Positions 19,753 to 29,708 are shown, counted from the first letter of the stretch. The stretch: DNA of 64,000 bases from an uncultured Acidimicrobiaceae bacterium (GCA_937890395.1 CALACK010000062.1:1170-65169); one strand, 5' to 3'. Notes: a model not told the origin generated them from the sequence alone. Program-made: numbers and translations.

Positions 19753-20583
19753 TCAGGTGCGTGCCAAATGCGCCAGCGCACATTCGCGCATCAACGCAGT
19801 GTCTCCCATCTGGCCGATCCAATGTTGCTGTTGAAGTGCTGCCTGATGCACCAACATTGATAATCCATCTACGACTATTGCTCCGGCATTTTGTGATGCA
19901 AGTAGCAGACCGGTGATTAACGGTTTGTACACGGCATCAAGCACCACATGGGACGACTTGATCAGTGAAATATCAATCGACGAAACTAGCGAACCTTGCT
20001 CTACCCCAAACCCAACAGGGGTTGTGTTGACAATAATTCGAGCATCAGAAATCGTATTTGCAATCTCATCAGAAGCGACGACTCGAGCCGTACCAGCGAC
20101 TCGATTCACTAAATCTTGCGCGCGTTGCAGTGTGCGATTGATTACCGCCACGTCGCTCGCACCACGTTGCACCATTGCGTATGCGACCGCACTCGCTGTG
20201 CCGCCAGCACCAAGCACGACAACACGTTCACCTCGGATAGACGACTTCATCGCCTCTTCAAGAGCATTGCAACAACCTTCGCCATCAGTATTCGTTGCCC
20301 ATAGTGAGTTGTCCGATCTGAGAACAATTGTGTTCGCCGAATTCGTGACTCGAACAACTTGATCGACTTCGCCGCATTGATTCACAATTTCAGCAACAGC
20401 GTTTTTGTGAGGCATCGTCACCGAGAGACCCCCGATGCCAAGCGCAGTCATTGAAGTAAGAGCATCTTCAACTCGTGCTGACTGAACATTGAAAGCAACA
20501 TAAAGCCAATCGACATTTAGTGACTCAAATATTGCATTGTGTATCACCGGAGACAAACTTTGGGCGACTGGCGATCCGATCAC
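19753..20583 (-). CDS. aroE: shikimate dehydrogenase
   Basis: 276 aa with GSPVAQSLSPVIHN and NADP loop VLGAGGTASAVAYA. The GTG start falls inside the conserved AAVIGSP strand (see finding). Confidence 0.85.
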   Translation of the reverse strand: MIGSPVAQSLSPVIHNAIFESLNVDWLYVAFNVQSARVEDALTSMTALGIGGLSVTMPHKNAVAEIVNQCGEVDQVVRVTNSANTIVLRSDNSLWATNTDGEGCCNALEEAMKSSIRGERVVVLGAGGTASAVAYAMVQRGASDVAVINRTLQRAQDLVNRVAGTARVVASDEIANTISDARIIVNTTPVGFGVEQGSLVSSIDISLIKSSHVVLDAVYKPLITGLLLASQNAGAIVVDGLSMLVHQAALQQQHWIGQMGDTALMRECALAHLART

Positions 20584-20651
20584 GGCCGCGAGTCGTGTCG
20601 CACTGGTTATCTGTCTAGTTAAGTTCAGAATTAGGTCTCGTTATTTTAGGA

Positions 20652-21875
20652 TCACGGCAAAAAACCACCGGCTCTCGAATTTTCTACGTTAATTGCATGG
20701 TCTTGTTCTGTAGCAGCAAAAGTGTGTCCGCCGTTCGCGTCACTTAAGACGTAAAACAGGTAAGCACAGTTTTGAGACTTCTTGATTCCGGTACACATTT
20801 TGTCACTGAACTCCGGATTCGGAGCAGGATTTAACGCCGCCCTTATTGCGGCACGACCTGGGCTAGCAATTGGAGTCGGAGGTAGCCCTTTATAAAGGTA
20901 CGAGTTATAAGGCGAATCAATTGCCTTCAATTCGGTGAACGAAGCATTTTCTGGAGAGTTGTAATACAGAGTCGCGTCGATTTGTAACGGCATTCTGCGT
21001 TCTAGGCGATTATAAATTACTCGCGATATTTTGCCACGATCGATTTCGAGTTTCGCTTCTCGTTCAATGATCGAAGCGATGATCATCACTTGGTATGGCG
21101 ATTTTCCGACTTTGGACTGTGCGTCTGAAATTCCTTCTTGATTACCGACCCGCTCCATTAATCTCAACATTCTGTCAACCACACTCGCTGCAGATTCATC
21201 GCCCGATATTTGATAAGTATCCGGAAACAAGAGTCCTTCAAATCGGTACGGGACAAGCTCAAGTGAAGCCAAATCTTTAGGAAAATATTCAGATGTCAAT
21301 AGTTCATTAGTCATCGCATCATAAAAACTTTGTGCTGAAATTCGAGTTGTCTTATCTTCAATTCTTTGAGCGATTTGTTTAATCGTAAAACCTTCAGGAA
21401 ACGTCACTTTTGTGAAGGTAATCGAAGGACTCTTATTCAATTTCTTCATAATGTTTCCGATGTGCTCATGTTTAACAAGCGCAAAATAACCTGGCTGAAG
21501 ATCAACCCCACCTTTGCGATCTACGTACCAACGAAACACACTCGCGTTGACGATGAATCCCTCTTGCTCAAGACGCTTGCTAACAGAAATTAATGAATCA
21601 CCTGGATTCACGGTGAAGTTTGTCGCTACAGGTTTTCCACTAGTTACTGAATCTGGTGGATTCACCTGTCGCAAGTACCACATGCCTGTTACCCCAATTG
21701 ATAACAAAACCGTCATTACGACGGCTAACGCGATCAATACAGTGCGCGAATCTGGCTGCCGATCTTGTGGTTGTGTTTCAAATTCACTAGCTAGCCATGC
21801 ATCGGGACCATCCCAAGTGTCTTCAGTCCACTTTTCGTTATTGCCATCATCACGACCATCGTTTTTGCGATTCAT
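20652..21875 (-). CDS. mltG: endolytic murein transglycosylase MltG (YceG family)
   Basis: 407 aa with one N-terminal TM segment. It has YceG motifs FEGLLFPDTY, IIASIIEREA and LQIDATLYY, and the ruvX-mltG pairing. Confidence 0.88.
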   Translation of the reverse strand: MNRKNDGRDDGNNEKWTEDTWDGPDAWLASEFETQPQDRQPDSRTVLIALAVVMTVLLSIGVTGMWYLRQVNPPDSVTSGKPVATNFTVNPGDSLISVSKRLEQEGFIVNASVFRWYVDRKGGVDLQPGYFALVKHEHIGNIMKKLNKSPSITFTKVTFPEGFTIKQIAQRIEDKTTRISAQSFYDAMTNELLTSEYFPKDLASLELVPYRFEGLLFPDTYQISGDESAASVVDRMLRLMERVGNQEGISDAQSKVGKSPYQVMIIASIIEREAKLEIDRGKISRVIYNRLERRMPLQIDATLYYNSPENASFTELKAIDSPYNSYLYKGLPPTPIASPGRAAIRAALNPAPNPEFSDKMCTGIKKSQNCAYLFYVLSDANGGHTFAATEQDHAINVENSRAGGFLP

Positions 21876-22297
21876 GACTTAAGGCGGTCCACATGATCAA
21901 GCCAACCTTGCAACATCACGGCGGCGGCAATTTTGTCAACCACTTTTCGGCGAGCCTGCGCGTTCATATTTGCCTCAATCATTGATTCATTTGCAGTCTT
22001 TGTTGTCAAGCGTTCATCATGTGAATGCACTGGCACAGTCAGGGATCGTGTCATTTCTTTTATTTCATCCAGAGCCAATCGTGCAGCCGGACCTACTGCC
22101 CCGGCCAATGTAAGCGGCATACCTACGACCACGCATTCGGCTTCGTATTCATTGATGATCTCTTGAATCTTCTTATGATCTTGCGAATGATTCGAACCAC
22201 GCGCAATCACTACCAACGGTGAGGCAATTGTCCCACTTGAATCGCTTACCGCAATACCAATGCGCTTGCTCCCAAGGTCGACACCGACGCTGCGCAT
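21872..22297 (-). CDS. ruvX: Holliday junction resolvase-like pre-16S rRNA nuclease RuvX/YqgF
   Basis: MRSVGVDLGSKRIGIAVSD is the canonical YqgF N-terminus, so I start at ATG 22297. The ORF-track extension to 22414 would overlap alaS. ATGA overlap with mltG. Confidence 0.88.
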   Translation of the reverse strand: MRSVGVDLGSKRIGIAVSDSSGTIASPLVVIARGSNHSQDHKKIQEIINEYEAECVVVGMPLTLAGAVGPAARLALDEIKEMTRSLTVPVHSHDERLTTKTANESMIEANMNAQARRKVVDKIAAAVMLQGWLDHVDRLKS

Positions 22298-22304
22298 CAG
22301 AAAA

Positions 22305-24947
22305 TTAGACAATCTCGGCCGCTGCAAGCATCGAAAGTTGCAGCGCTTCGTCCAGCGCCTCAACAATCTTTCCGCCTGCAGTTGCAATATCGCCTTTGCC
22401 ACCGCCACCGCCACCGACCTTTTTCGCCGCTTGGGCGATCAACTCACCTGCCGCAGTTTTTATCCCGGCGCCAGTCGCCGCAACCAATGCGACACCACCA
22501 GTCGGGGTGACGCCACCCAACACAACTGCCTTAATCACAGGGTTCAAACGCACCGCAATTGCAAGTTCTCTCAGATCAGCAGGTGCGAGTCCGTCGACGC
22601 GTTCAACTACGACACCATTTTTGTTTCTCACAATCATCTCGCCAGCACGAGCTCTTGCTGATGCAGAACGCAGCGACTTGATTTCTTCACCAAGTTCTTT
22701 AACTTCAGCAATCTTGCGAGCGAGCGTTTCAATCAACGCATCAGAGTTTGTACTCAACATTTCGCTGGCGACATTGACTTGATTAAGCAATGTAGAAACA
22801 TACTCAACAGAATTCAGACCAGTCACGGCTTCGATCCGGCGCAAATTTGACCCAATAGAACTCTCTTGAACAATCTTTATCAGGCCGATATCTCCGGTTG
22901 CCGAAACGTGCGTGCCACCACATAGCTCAACCGAATCGCCCGCCTTTAAAACTCGAACGATTTCACCATACTTATCACCAAAAAAGGCAATGGCTCCTGC
23001 CGCCGTGGCTTCATCTTTTGAAGTTTCGTAAGCATCAACCTTGGCGTTCGCCAACACTTGAGCATTTGCGATTTGCTCAATTTGATCAACCTCTTGCATT
23101 GAAAGTTGTGCGTAATGGCTAAAGTCGAATCTCAATCGTTGCGGCGAAACTAACGATCCTGCTTGCTTGACATGTTCGCCCAACACAGAGCGCAGCGCAT
23201 GATGCAATAAGTGTGTCGCCGTATGATTTTTGCGCGTCGCATTGCGAGCGACCGCATCAATAGTCGCCGTGACAGACTCGCCGATCTTAATTTCACCGCG
23301 AACTATTTTGCCGAGATGTTTTCGCAACCCTGGCAACGCAAAACCAGTATCGGTAATTTTGATTTCGCCAGTTGGTGTGCGTAGCGTTCCACAATCTCCG
23401 ACTTGCCCACCACTCTCTGCATAAAACGGAGTGACATCTAGAAATATTTCGAGTTCAGATTCTCCGGCATTCAAAATCGCCAAAACTTTTGCGTCGCACG
23501 AATCTTGTGAGTAACCAACAAAATTTGTTTGACCATTTTTGTCTAGGATTTCGCGATATATCAATAGTTGATCGTCAACAGTTTGCGCGCCTTTGCGTGC
23601 CGACTTGGCGCGAGTTCGTTGCGCGTTCATCTCAATGTCAAAACCCGCGACATCAACTTCAACATTGCGCTCTGACGCAATCTCTTGGGTTAACTCAAGA
23701 GGAAACCCATAAGTGTCGTGCAACAAGAATGCGCTTGAGCCACTCAATGGCGAAGATTTTTTAGATATCTTTGCAATTTTGTCAATTGACTCAAACTCGG
23801 TCTCAAGAATTGTTAGCCCGTTTTTGAGTGTTTGCCTAAAACTTTCTTCTTCCTTGGTCAACACACCCAAAATGAAATCTTTATTCGTAATTAAAGTTGG
23901 GTGAGCCTCACCCATTACCTCAATAGCCGTCTCAACAAGTTTTGGCATTACTAATTTTTCGGTACCGAGCAAATACGCATGACGCACAGCACGACGAAAT
24001 ATTCGCCGAAGTACATAGCCTCGACCTTCATTAGATGGAAACACTCCGTCATTGACCAACATCGTCGACGATCGCGCATGCTCGGCCAGCACACGCAAAG
24101 AAAAACTCGCGCGATCTTGATAATCGCCAACTTTATATTTTTGGGATGTAACAGATTGTGCTTGCTCAATCAACGGAAACAACACGTCTGTCTCCCAGAT
24201 TGAATCTTTGCCCTGTTTGAGTGCGAGAATTCTCTCAAGTCCTGCGCCAGTATCAATTGATGGTTTTGGCAATGGTGTGCGTGATCCATCAGCAGCCTGA
24301 TTGAACTGCATAAATACGAGGTTCCAGAATTCTAGAAATCGATCACCCTTTGGATCGTTAAGTGGCCCACCATCAGGACCAAACGCCGGACCACGATCAA
24401 TGTGAATCTCAGAACAAGGACCACACGGGCCAGTGTCGCCCATCTGCCAAAAATTATCTGTATCACCAAGCCGCTGAATCCGATTCATCGGCACTCCGAC
24501 TTGATCATGCCAAATCTGCTCAGCCTCGTCGTCGCTTTCGTGCACGGTTATCCAAAGTTGGTCACCGTCAAAACCAAAAATCTCAGTTACTAACTCCCAA
24601 CTCCACGGGATTGCATCAGATTTGAAATAGTCGCCAAAACTAAAGTTGCCGAGCATCTCAAAAAACACACAATGACGTTTGGTGCGACCAACATCGTCGA
24701 GGTCGTTATGTTTGCCGCCTGCCCGTGCGCATTTTTGAACACTCACAGCTCGTTTATACGGTGGTACTTCGTCACCCACAAAATATGGCTTGAAAGGCAC
24801 CATGCCTGCAACCGTGAACAATACGGTTGGATCATGCGGTATCAGACTGGCCGAATCAACCTTGGTGTGGCCCCGCTCCGCAAAGAAGCCGGTAAATGCA
24901 TTGCGTAGATCGTTAGCGCTATGAATTTCGGACGTCATACGCGACAA
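22305..24947 (-). CDS. alaS: alanine--tRNA ligase
   Basis: 880 aa with HNDLDDVGRTKRHCVFFEMLGNFSFGDYFK, editing-domain HTATHLLH and a C-terminal DHHA1 GGGGGKGD. The track start is TTG 24947; ATG 24938 (MTSEIHS..) is equally plausible. Confidence 0.97.
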   Translation of the reverse strand: MSRMTSEIHSANDLRNAFTGFFAERGHTKVDSASLIPHDPTVLFTVAGMVPFKPYFVGDEVPPYKRAVSVQKCARAGGKHNDLDDVGRTKRHCVFFEMLGNFSFGDYFKSDAIPWSWELVTEIFGFDGDQLWITVHESDDEAEQIWHDQVGVPMNRIQRLGDTDNFWQMGDTGPCGPCSEIHIDRGPAFGPDGGPLNDPKGDRFLEFWNLVFMQFNQAADGSRTPLPKPSIDTGAGLERILALKQGKDSIWETDVLFPLIEQAQSVTSQKYKVGDYQDRASFSLRVLAEHARSSTMLVNDGVFPSNEGRGYVLRRIFRRAVRHAYLLGTEKLVMPKLVETAIEVMGEAHPTLITNKDFILGVLTKEEESFRQTLKNGLTILETEFESIDKIAKISKKSSPLSGSSAFLLHDTYGFPLELTQEIASERNVEVDVAGFDIEMNAQRTRAKSARKGAQTVDDQLLIYREILDKNGQTNFVGYSQDSCDAKVLAILNAGESELEIFLDVTPFYAESGGQVGDCGTLRTPTGEIKITDTGFALPGLRKHLGKIVRGEIKIGESVTATIDAVARNATRKNHTATHLLHHALRSVLGEHVKQAGSLVSPQRLRFDFSHYAQLSMQEVDQIEQIANAQVLANAKVDAYETSKDEATAAGAIAFFGDKYGEIVRVLKAGDSVELCGGTHVSATGDIGLIKIVQESSIGSNLRRIEAVTGLNSVEYVSTLLNQVNVASEMLSTNSDALIETLARKIAEVKELGEEIKSLRSASARARAGEMIVRNKNGVVVERVDGLAPADLRELAIAVRLNPVIKAVVLGGVTPTGGVALVAATGAGIKTAAGELIAQAAKKVGGGGGGKGDIATAGGKIVEALDEALQLSMLAAAEIV

Positions 24948-24973
24948 GTCTACTCTTCGCGTCTACTCACTAA
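24948..24973. repeat. two 13-bp-spaced copies of GTCTACTC upstream of alaS
   Basis: gtctactcttcgc / gtctactcactaa on the plus strand, in the 35-nt spacer between the 80-aa ORF and alaS. Confidence 0.7.
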
Positions 24974-24982
24974 CTGTCAAGA

Positions 24983-25225
24983 TTAGTTTCGTGAATCGTC
25001 AAAAATCTTTGCGAGTTCTTCATCATCGAGACTTTCGCCCGACGTAACTCCTTGCCACAAGCCCACGATATATTTTTTCAACGCAGCAACCATGTCAGTC
25101 ATAGTGTCTGCAATGTTCTCAGACGAAAATGCTTCTGAGTCATCTTCAACTTTTTTCTTCATGTAGTTAATACCAAATACGGCAGCAGCTGCACCGAGAC
25201 AAAACCAAAAAAGTCGCTTAGTCAT
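24983..25225 (-). CDS. small membrane-anchored acidic protein, function unknown
   Basis: 80 aa with one N-terminal hydrophobic helix (LFWFCLGAAAAVFGINY) followed by an acidic helical tail. It overlaps the rarA stop by 8 nt, which suggests co-translation. No recognisable motif. Confidence 0.45.
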   Translation of the reverse strand: MTKRLFWFCLGAAAAVFGINYMKKKVEDDSEAFSSENIADTMTDMVAALKKYIVGLWQGVTSGESLDDEELAKIFDDSRN

Positions 25226-26546
25226 TTTTATCCTTTTCGCTCGTTGTATCTAATTGTTGTTCAATTCGCTTAGCGATCTCGGTTTCTAATCCATGAGCGC
25301 TTGGCATGTAGTAACTAGTCTGCCTAGAGATTGAACCTTTTGCTTGATCTGGCAAATATTGCTGCCAAACCCAACCCCTTGGGTCGTCGTGCGGGTAAAT
25401 GTATCCAATTCCATGCCCAAACTCTTTGGCTGCCTGATAGTGACCATCGCGAAGATGTGCAGGCACCTCACTAGAAACTCCCTTACGAACATCTTCACGC
25501 GCAGACCAAATTGCCAGTGCAACCCGATTACTTTTAGGAGCAGTCGCGAGATACACAACAGCCTGCGCCAAATTCAATTGGGCCTCTGGCAAGCCGACAT
25601 GCTCGAGTGCAGTTGCCGCAGCCACCGCAACAACCAACGCATTTGGGTCAGCCATACCAACATCTTCGCTTGCCAAAATAACAAGACGACGTGCAATGAA
25701 TTTTGCATCATCACCAGATTCAAGCATTCGCGCCAGCCAAAATAATCCTGCTTGCGGATCAGAACCACGAATACTTTTGATGAACGCCGACACAACGTCA
25801 TAGTGGTCGTCGCGACCGTATCGCAAGGCACTGACACCAAGAGCTGCGTCAACATGACTTGTCGTGAGCGTCTCATTTTTTTCTGAAGCGAGTGCGCACG
25901 CAACTTCAAGCGCAGTCAGCGCTTGACGAGCATCGCCAACAGAACGATTCGCCAGAGCGTCAAGTGCATCGCTCTCTACTTGCACACCTTCTGCGAGTGC
26001 GCCACGATCTAGCAAAATTCTTACATCTTCAACCAGCAGAGGCTCGAGTCGAAATAAAGTGCTACGACTTCGAAGCGGAGAATTAATTTCAAAATACGGA
26101 TTCTCAGTCGTTGCTCCAATCAATGTGATCACACCACTCTCAACAGACGGCAAAAGCGCATCTTGTTGCGAAGTTGAAAAACGGTGAATTTCATCGATGA
26201 ACACGATCGTGCCTTTGCCGAATTGTCCGAGACGTTCGGCAGCTCGCTCTATTGATTCGCGAACATCTTTGACACCCGCGCTAACTGCAGAAAGTCTTTC
26301 GAAATATCTTTGTGTAGTGAGCGCAACTACTTCGGCGAGAGTTGTTTTTCCGGTGCCCGGTGGTCCCCAAAAAATCACCGATGAAAGCCGATCTGCTTCA
26401 ATTAGAACTCGCAGTGGCGAACCTTTTGCTACCAGATGACGTTGACCAACAATCTCGTCAAGTGTTCGTGGACGCATTCGCGCCGCTAAAGGTGCTTGGG
26501 CCTTTAGACGTTCAGTCGCTGCGGCACTGAACAGATCGTCTTTCAT
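25218..26546 (-). CDS. rarA: replication-associated recombination protein A (MgsA/RarA AAA+ ATPase)
   Basis: 442 aa with Walker A GPPGTGKTTLA, Walker B VFIDEIHRF and a C-terminal MgsA domain (DAKFIARRLVILASEDVGMADP). Confidence 0.93.
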   Translation of the reverse strand: MKDDLFSAAATERLKAQAPLAARMRPRTLDEIVGQRHLVAKGSPLRVLIEADRLSSVIFWGPPGTGKTTLAEVVALTTQRYFERLSAVSAGVKDVRESIERAAERLGQFGKGTIVFIDEIHRFSTSQQDALLPSVESGVITLIGATTENPYFEINSPLRSRSTLFRLEPLLVEDVRILLDRGALAEGVQVESDALDALANRSVGDARQALTALEVACALASEKNETLTTSHVDAALGVSALRYGRDDHYDVVSAFIKSIRGSDPQAGLFWLARMLESGDDAKFIARRLVILASEDVGMADPNALVVAVAAATALEHVGLPEAQLNLAQAVVYLATAPKSNRVALAIWSAREDVRKGVSSEVPAHLRDGHYQAAKEFGHGIGYIYPHDDPRGWVWQQYLPDQAKGSISRQTSYYMPSAHGLETEIAKRIEQQLDTTSEKDKND

Positions 26547-28312
26547 TTTGCTGCTGGTGGCAACAATCTGATTCCTAAATCTTTAAGTTGTGCCGATTCA
26601 ACAACTGTCGGGGCATTGGTCATCGGATCCGACCCAGATTGAGTTTTTGGAAACGCAATCACTTCGCGAATATTGTCTTCGCCAGCAAGAATTGCTGTGA
26701 GTCGATCAATACCAAAGGCAAATCCGCCGTGTGGCGGTGCACCATATTTAAACGGTTGCAAGAAAAATCCGAAGCGATGGTCAGCATCCTCATCCGAGAT
26801 TCCTAAGTAGCGAAACACTCGGCGCTGCAACTCTGGCTCATGAATTCGAATTGAACCCGAACCGAGCTCCCATCCGTTGAGCACGAGGTCGTACGCCAAC
26901 GCCCTAACCGACAACGGGTCGGTCTCGAGACGATCAATGTCATCTGGGTGAGGATGACAAAACGGGTGATGACCCGGCTGTGGAAGTTTCGTCGTCGGGT
27001 TGATGCCTACGAACATCGGAAAATCGACAACCCAAACATATCGATATGGCCCCTGATGCACAGGCGGACGACCGAGATCGTTGCGCAACTGCCCAAGCAC
27101 CGAACAAGTTGTTGCCCACGTATCAGCAACAATCAAAACGAGATCGCCAGCCACCGCACCAGTTTGTTCAACCAATGCAGATTGCTCAGCGGGCGAAAGA
27201 AATTTAGCAACCGGTGATTCAAGTGCACCAGCCTCACCGACTTTCAACCACACCAGACCTTTGGCGCCAAGTTTTTTGGCTCGCTCAGTTAGCGCATCTA
27301 ATTTATTACGACCGCTGGCTGCTTGTTGCGGATAATCAGCATGCGAAACGCAGATCGCCTTAATTGATTCTGCCGAAGCGAACGCTTTGAATTCGGTTGC
27401 AGTAAACACACTCGTGAGTTCAACCAAAGTCATCCCAAAACGCAAGTCTGGCTTATCGATGCCATAAATGTTCATTGCTTGATGCCAAGTCATGCGTTCA
27501 ATTGGCGGTGGTTCAGAGCCTGTGGCTGCGAGTGCTGCCGCGATAACAGCAGTCGAAATCATTGCGATTACATCATCTTTATCAACAAAACTCATTTCGG
27601 CATCTAGTTGCATAAATTCGTATTGTCTGTCGGCACGCAAGTCTTCGTCGCGCAAACATTTTGCGATTTGATAGTAACGATCCATACCCGCAACCATCAA
27701 CAATTGCTTCCAGAGCTGTGGTGATTGTGGCAACGCATAAAAAGAACCAGGTTCGTTTCGCGACGGAACCAAAAACTCGCGCGCACCTTCTGGGGTGCTC
27801 GGCATCAACAACGGTGTCTCAATTTCAGTAAAACCTTGTGACTCCATTGACTTTCGTATCGCAGAGTTTATTGCGGCGCGTAGTCGCAAATTCTTCTGCA
27901 TTCGTTCACGACGAATATCTAGATAGCGAAACTTGAGACGGACATTTTCATCGACGTCGTCACCACGCTGATCAATTGGAAACGGAGGTGGTTCAGCATT
28001 ATTGAGTACTTCAATTTTGCACTCAGCCAACTCGACTTCGCCAGTCGGAATATTTGCGTTCACCGTGCCACCTGGACGCGCTTGTACTTTGCCGGTCACT
28101 CGAATTACCCATTCTGATCGCACATCGACTGTATTGTCGACAACACATTGCACTATTCCGCTGAAATCTCGCAAGTCAAGAAATGCAAGGTGTTCGCCGT
28201 GTTCACGACGACGACCCACCCATCCACATAAAGTAACAACCTGACCAATATTTTCGGCACGCATGTCTCCGCAAAGATGGGTTCGCAATGCTGTGCTGTT
28301 CTTAATGTTCAT
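26543..28312 (-). CDS. aspS: aspartate--tRNA ligase
   Basis: 589 aa with an N-terminal OB fold, class IIb motifs FMQLDAEMSF and GFAFGIDRL, and a GAD insertion. Confidence 0.97.
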   Translation of the reverse strand: MNIKNSTALRTHLCGDMRAENIGQVVTLCGWVGRRREHGEHLAFLDLRDFSGIVQCVVDNTVDVRSEWVIRVTGKVQARPGGTVNANIPTGEVELAECKIEVLNNAEPPPFPIDQRGDDVDENVRLKFRYLDIRRERMQKNLRLRAAINSAIRKSMESQGFTEIETPLLMPSTPEGAREFLVPSRNEPGSFYALPQSPQLWKQLLMVAGMDRYYQIAKCLRDEDLRADRQYEFMQLDAEMSFVDKDDVIAMISTAVIAAALAATGSEPPPIERMTWHQAMNIYGIDKPDLRFGMTLVELTSVFTATEFKAFASAESIKAICVSHADYPQQAASGRNKLDALTERAKKLGAKGLVWLKVGEAGALESPVAKFLSPAEQSALVEQTGAVAGDLVLIVADTWATTCSVLGQLRNDLGRPPVHQGPYRYVWVVDFPMFVGINPTTKLPQPGHHPFCHPHPDDIDRLETDPLSVRALAYDLVLNGWELGSGSIRIHEPELQRRVFRYLGISDEDADHRFGFFLQPFKYGAPPHGGFAFGIDRLTAILAGEDNIREVIAFPKTQSGSDPMTNAPTVVESAQLKDLGIRLLPPAAK

Positions 28313-28373
28313 ATTTGATTCTCATTTTCGACTTTCGTTTTTGAAAACAGTACTTAATACTAAAAATTGATTA

Positions 28374-29636
28374 TTAAATATTAGTTTTTATCGTGTACTT
28401 TGCTATTTCGTTTAAAATATCTTGACGAGGCACAACATATTGTTCACCAGACCCCATAGGTCGCAACATGACTGATTCGTTTTCAACTTCGTTTGAACCG
28501 ATTATCAAAGCAATGCGCGCCCCGCTGCGGTCAGCAGCTTTCATCTGGGCTTTAATACTTCGCAAATCATACGCCCGATCAGCGCTAAAACCGTGAGTAC
28601 GAATTTGATGACAGAGTTCGTGAGCATGAGTACCATCAACAGTGTCAACGACAAAAACATCGACCTCTTTAAGTGGCGCGGCGAAAACACTTTCGGCGTC
28701 ACACGCCAGCAGTGTGCGGTCAAGACCAAGAGCGAAACCAATGCCAGCAGTCGGCGGCCCTCCTAAAGCTTCAACCAATCCGTCGTACCTGCCACCACCA
28801 CCAATTGCGGTATGGGCGGCTTCAAGCGCGGTCGAAACAAACTCAAAAGTCGTTCGCCGATAGTAATCTAAACCTCGAACTAGACGATCATTAATTTTGT
28901 AAGAAATTTTTAGAGCATCGAGAGCGCTCAATACCGCTTCAAAGTGCTCACGCGACTCATTGCTAATAGTTTCACGTATCGCTGGAGCGCCAATGATTAT
29001 TTCTTGATCTGGTTCGCGTTTTGAATCCAAAACTCGCAATGGGTTACGCAACAATGTTGCCTTACTCTCGGCAGTTAATTTTGATTCGTGTTTTGCAAAA
29101 TACTCCGAAAGTTTTTTCGCATATTTATCGCGATCTCCAGAATCGCCAAGTGAGTTAATCGAAAGTTCAATTTTTCGCAACCCAAGCGCTGAATAAAACT
29201 TTGCAGCGAGAGCTATGACTTCAGCGTCAAGAAAAGCGTCATCAACCCCGAGTGCCTCGATACCTACTTGATCAAACTGTCGGTATCGACCCTGTTGTGG
29301 TTTCTCGTATCGAAAGTTCGGCCCGCTATACCAAACCTTCCATGGCGTAGTTGGTCGATGTTCAACAAACGCTCGACAGACGCTTGCAGTCTGCTCTGGA
29401 CGTAGCGCAATATGCCTTCCACCTTTGTCATGAAAGTCATACATTTCTTTAGTGACTACATCAGTGGCCTCTCCGAGACGCAAAAACACATCCAAATCTT
29501 CAAACATTGGCGGAATAATGTAGTCATAACCGGCCGCTTCAACGGTTGATTCGAATACTCCTTGAAATGCGCGCCAACGAGCAGAGTCAGGCGACAAAAT
29601 ATCGCGCGTTCCTGGCGAAGTCTTAAAATCAGCCAC
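28374..29636 (-). CDS. hisS: histidine--tRNA ligase
   Basis: 420 aa with class II motifs and HisRS-specific AIGGGGRYDGL. GTG start. Confidence 0.95.
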   Translation of the reverse strand: MADFKTSPGTRDILSPDSARWRAFQGVFESTVEAAGYDYIIPPMFEDLDVFLRLGEATDVVTKEMYDFHDKGGRHIALRPEQTASVCRAFVEHRPTTPWKVWYSGPNFRYEKPQQGRYRQFDQVGIEALGVDDAFLDAEVIALAAKFYSALGLRKIELSINSLGDSGDRDKYAKKLSEYFAKHESKLTAESKATLLRNPLRVLDSKREPDQEIIIGAPAIRETISNESREHFEAVLSALDALKISYKINDRLVRGLDYYRRTTFEFVSTALEAAHTAIGGGGRYDGLVEALGGPPTAGIGFALGLDRTLLACDAESVFAAPLKEVDVFVVDTVDGTHAHELCHQIRTHGFSADRAYDLRSIKAQMKAADRSGARIALIIGSNEVENESVMLRPMGSGEQYVVPRQDILNEIAKYTIKTNI

Positions 29637-29682
29637 GCGAGAAGGCTAGACGCTTTGCCGTTAAAAGTGCTTCATGCATAGC

Positions 29683-29702
29683 GTATTTCAATGTATTTCA
29701 AC
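29683..29702. repeat. 10-bp direct repeat x2 (gtatttcaat / gtatttcaac)
   Basis: Read directly in the relA-hisS spacer; 19 of 20 positions are identical. Confidence 0.9.
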
Positions 29703-29708
29703 TCTCAA

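Noticed and set aside
22298-22414. ORF-track N-terminal extensions: ruvX to 22414, ruvC to 39682, pdxS to 42408, the acyltransferase to 48363 and npdG to 54567.
   Set aside because: Each extension overlaps the upstream gene or lacks an SD. The family-typical N-terminus (VGVDLGSKRIG, ILGIDPG, MAKSEV.. preceded by GGAGA, MIAVLARI.., MRIGILGGTG) begins at a downstream canonical start.
29629-29679. The uORF upstream of hisS as a histidine attenuator leader peptide.
   Set aside because: It has a single His codon (position 2), no run of regulatory codons, no terminator/antiterminator alternative structures and no SD. It is kept only as a note inside the spacer finding.
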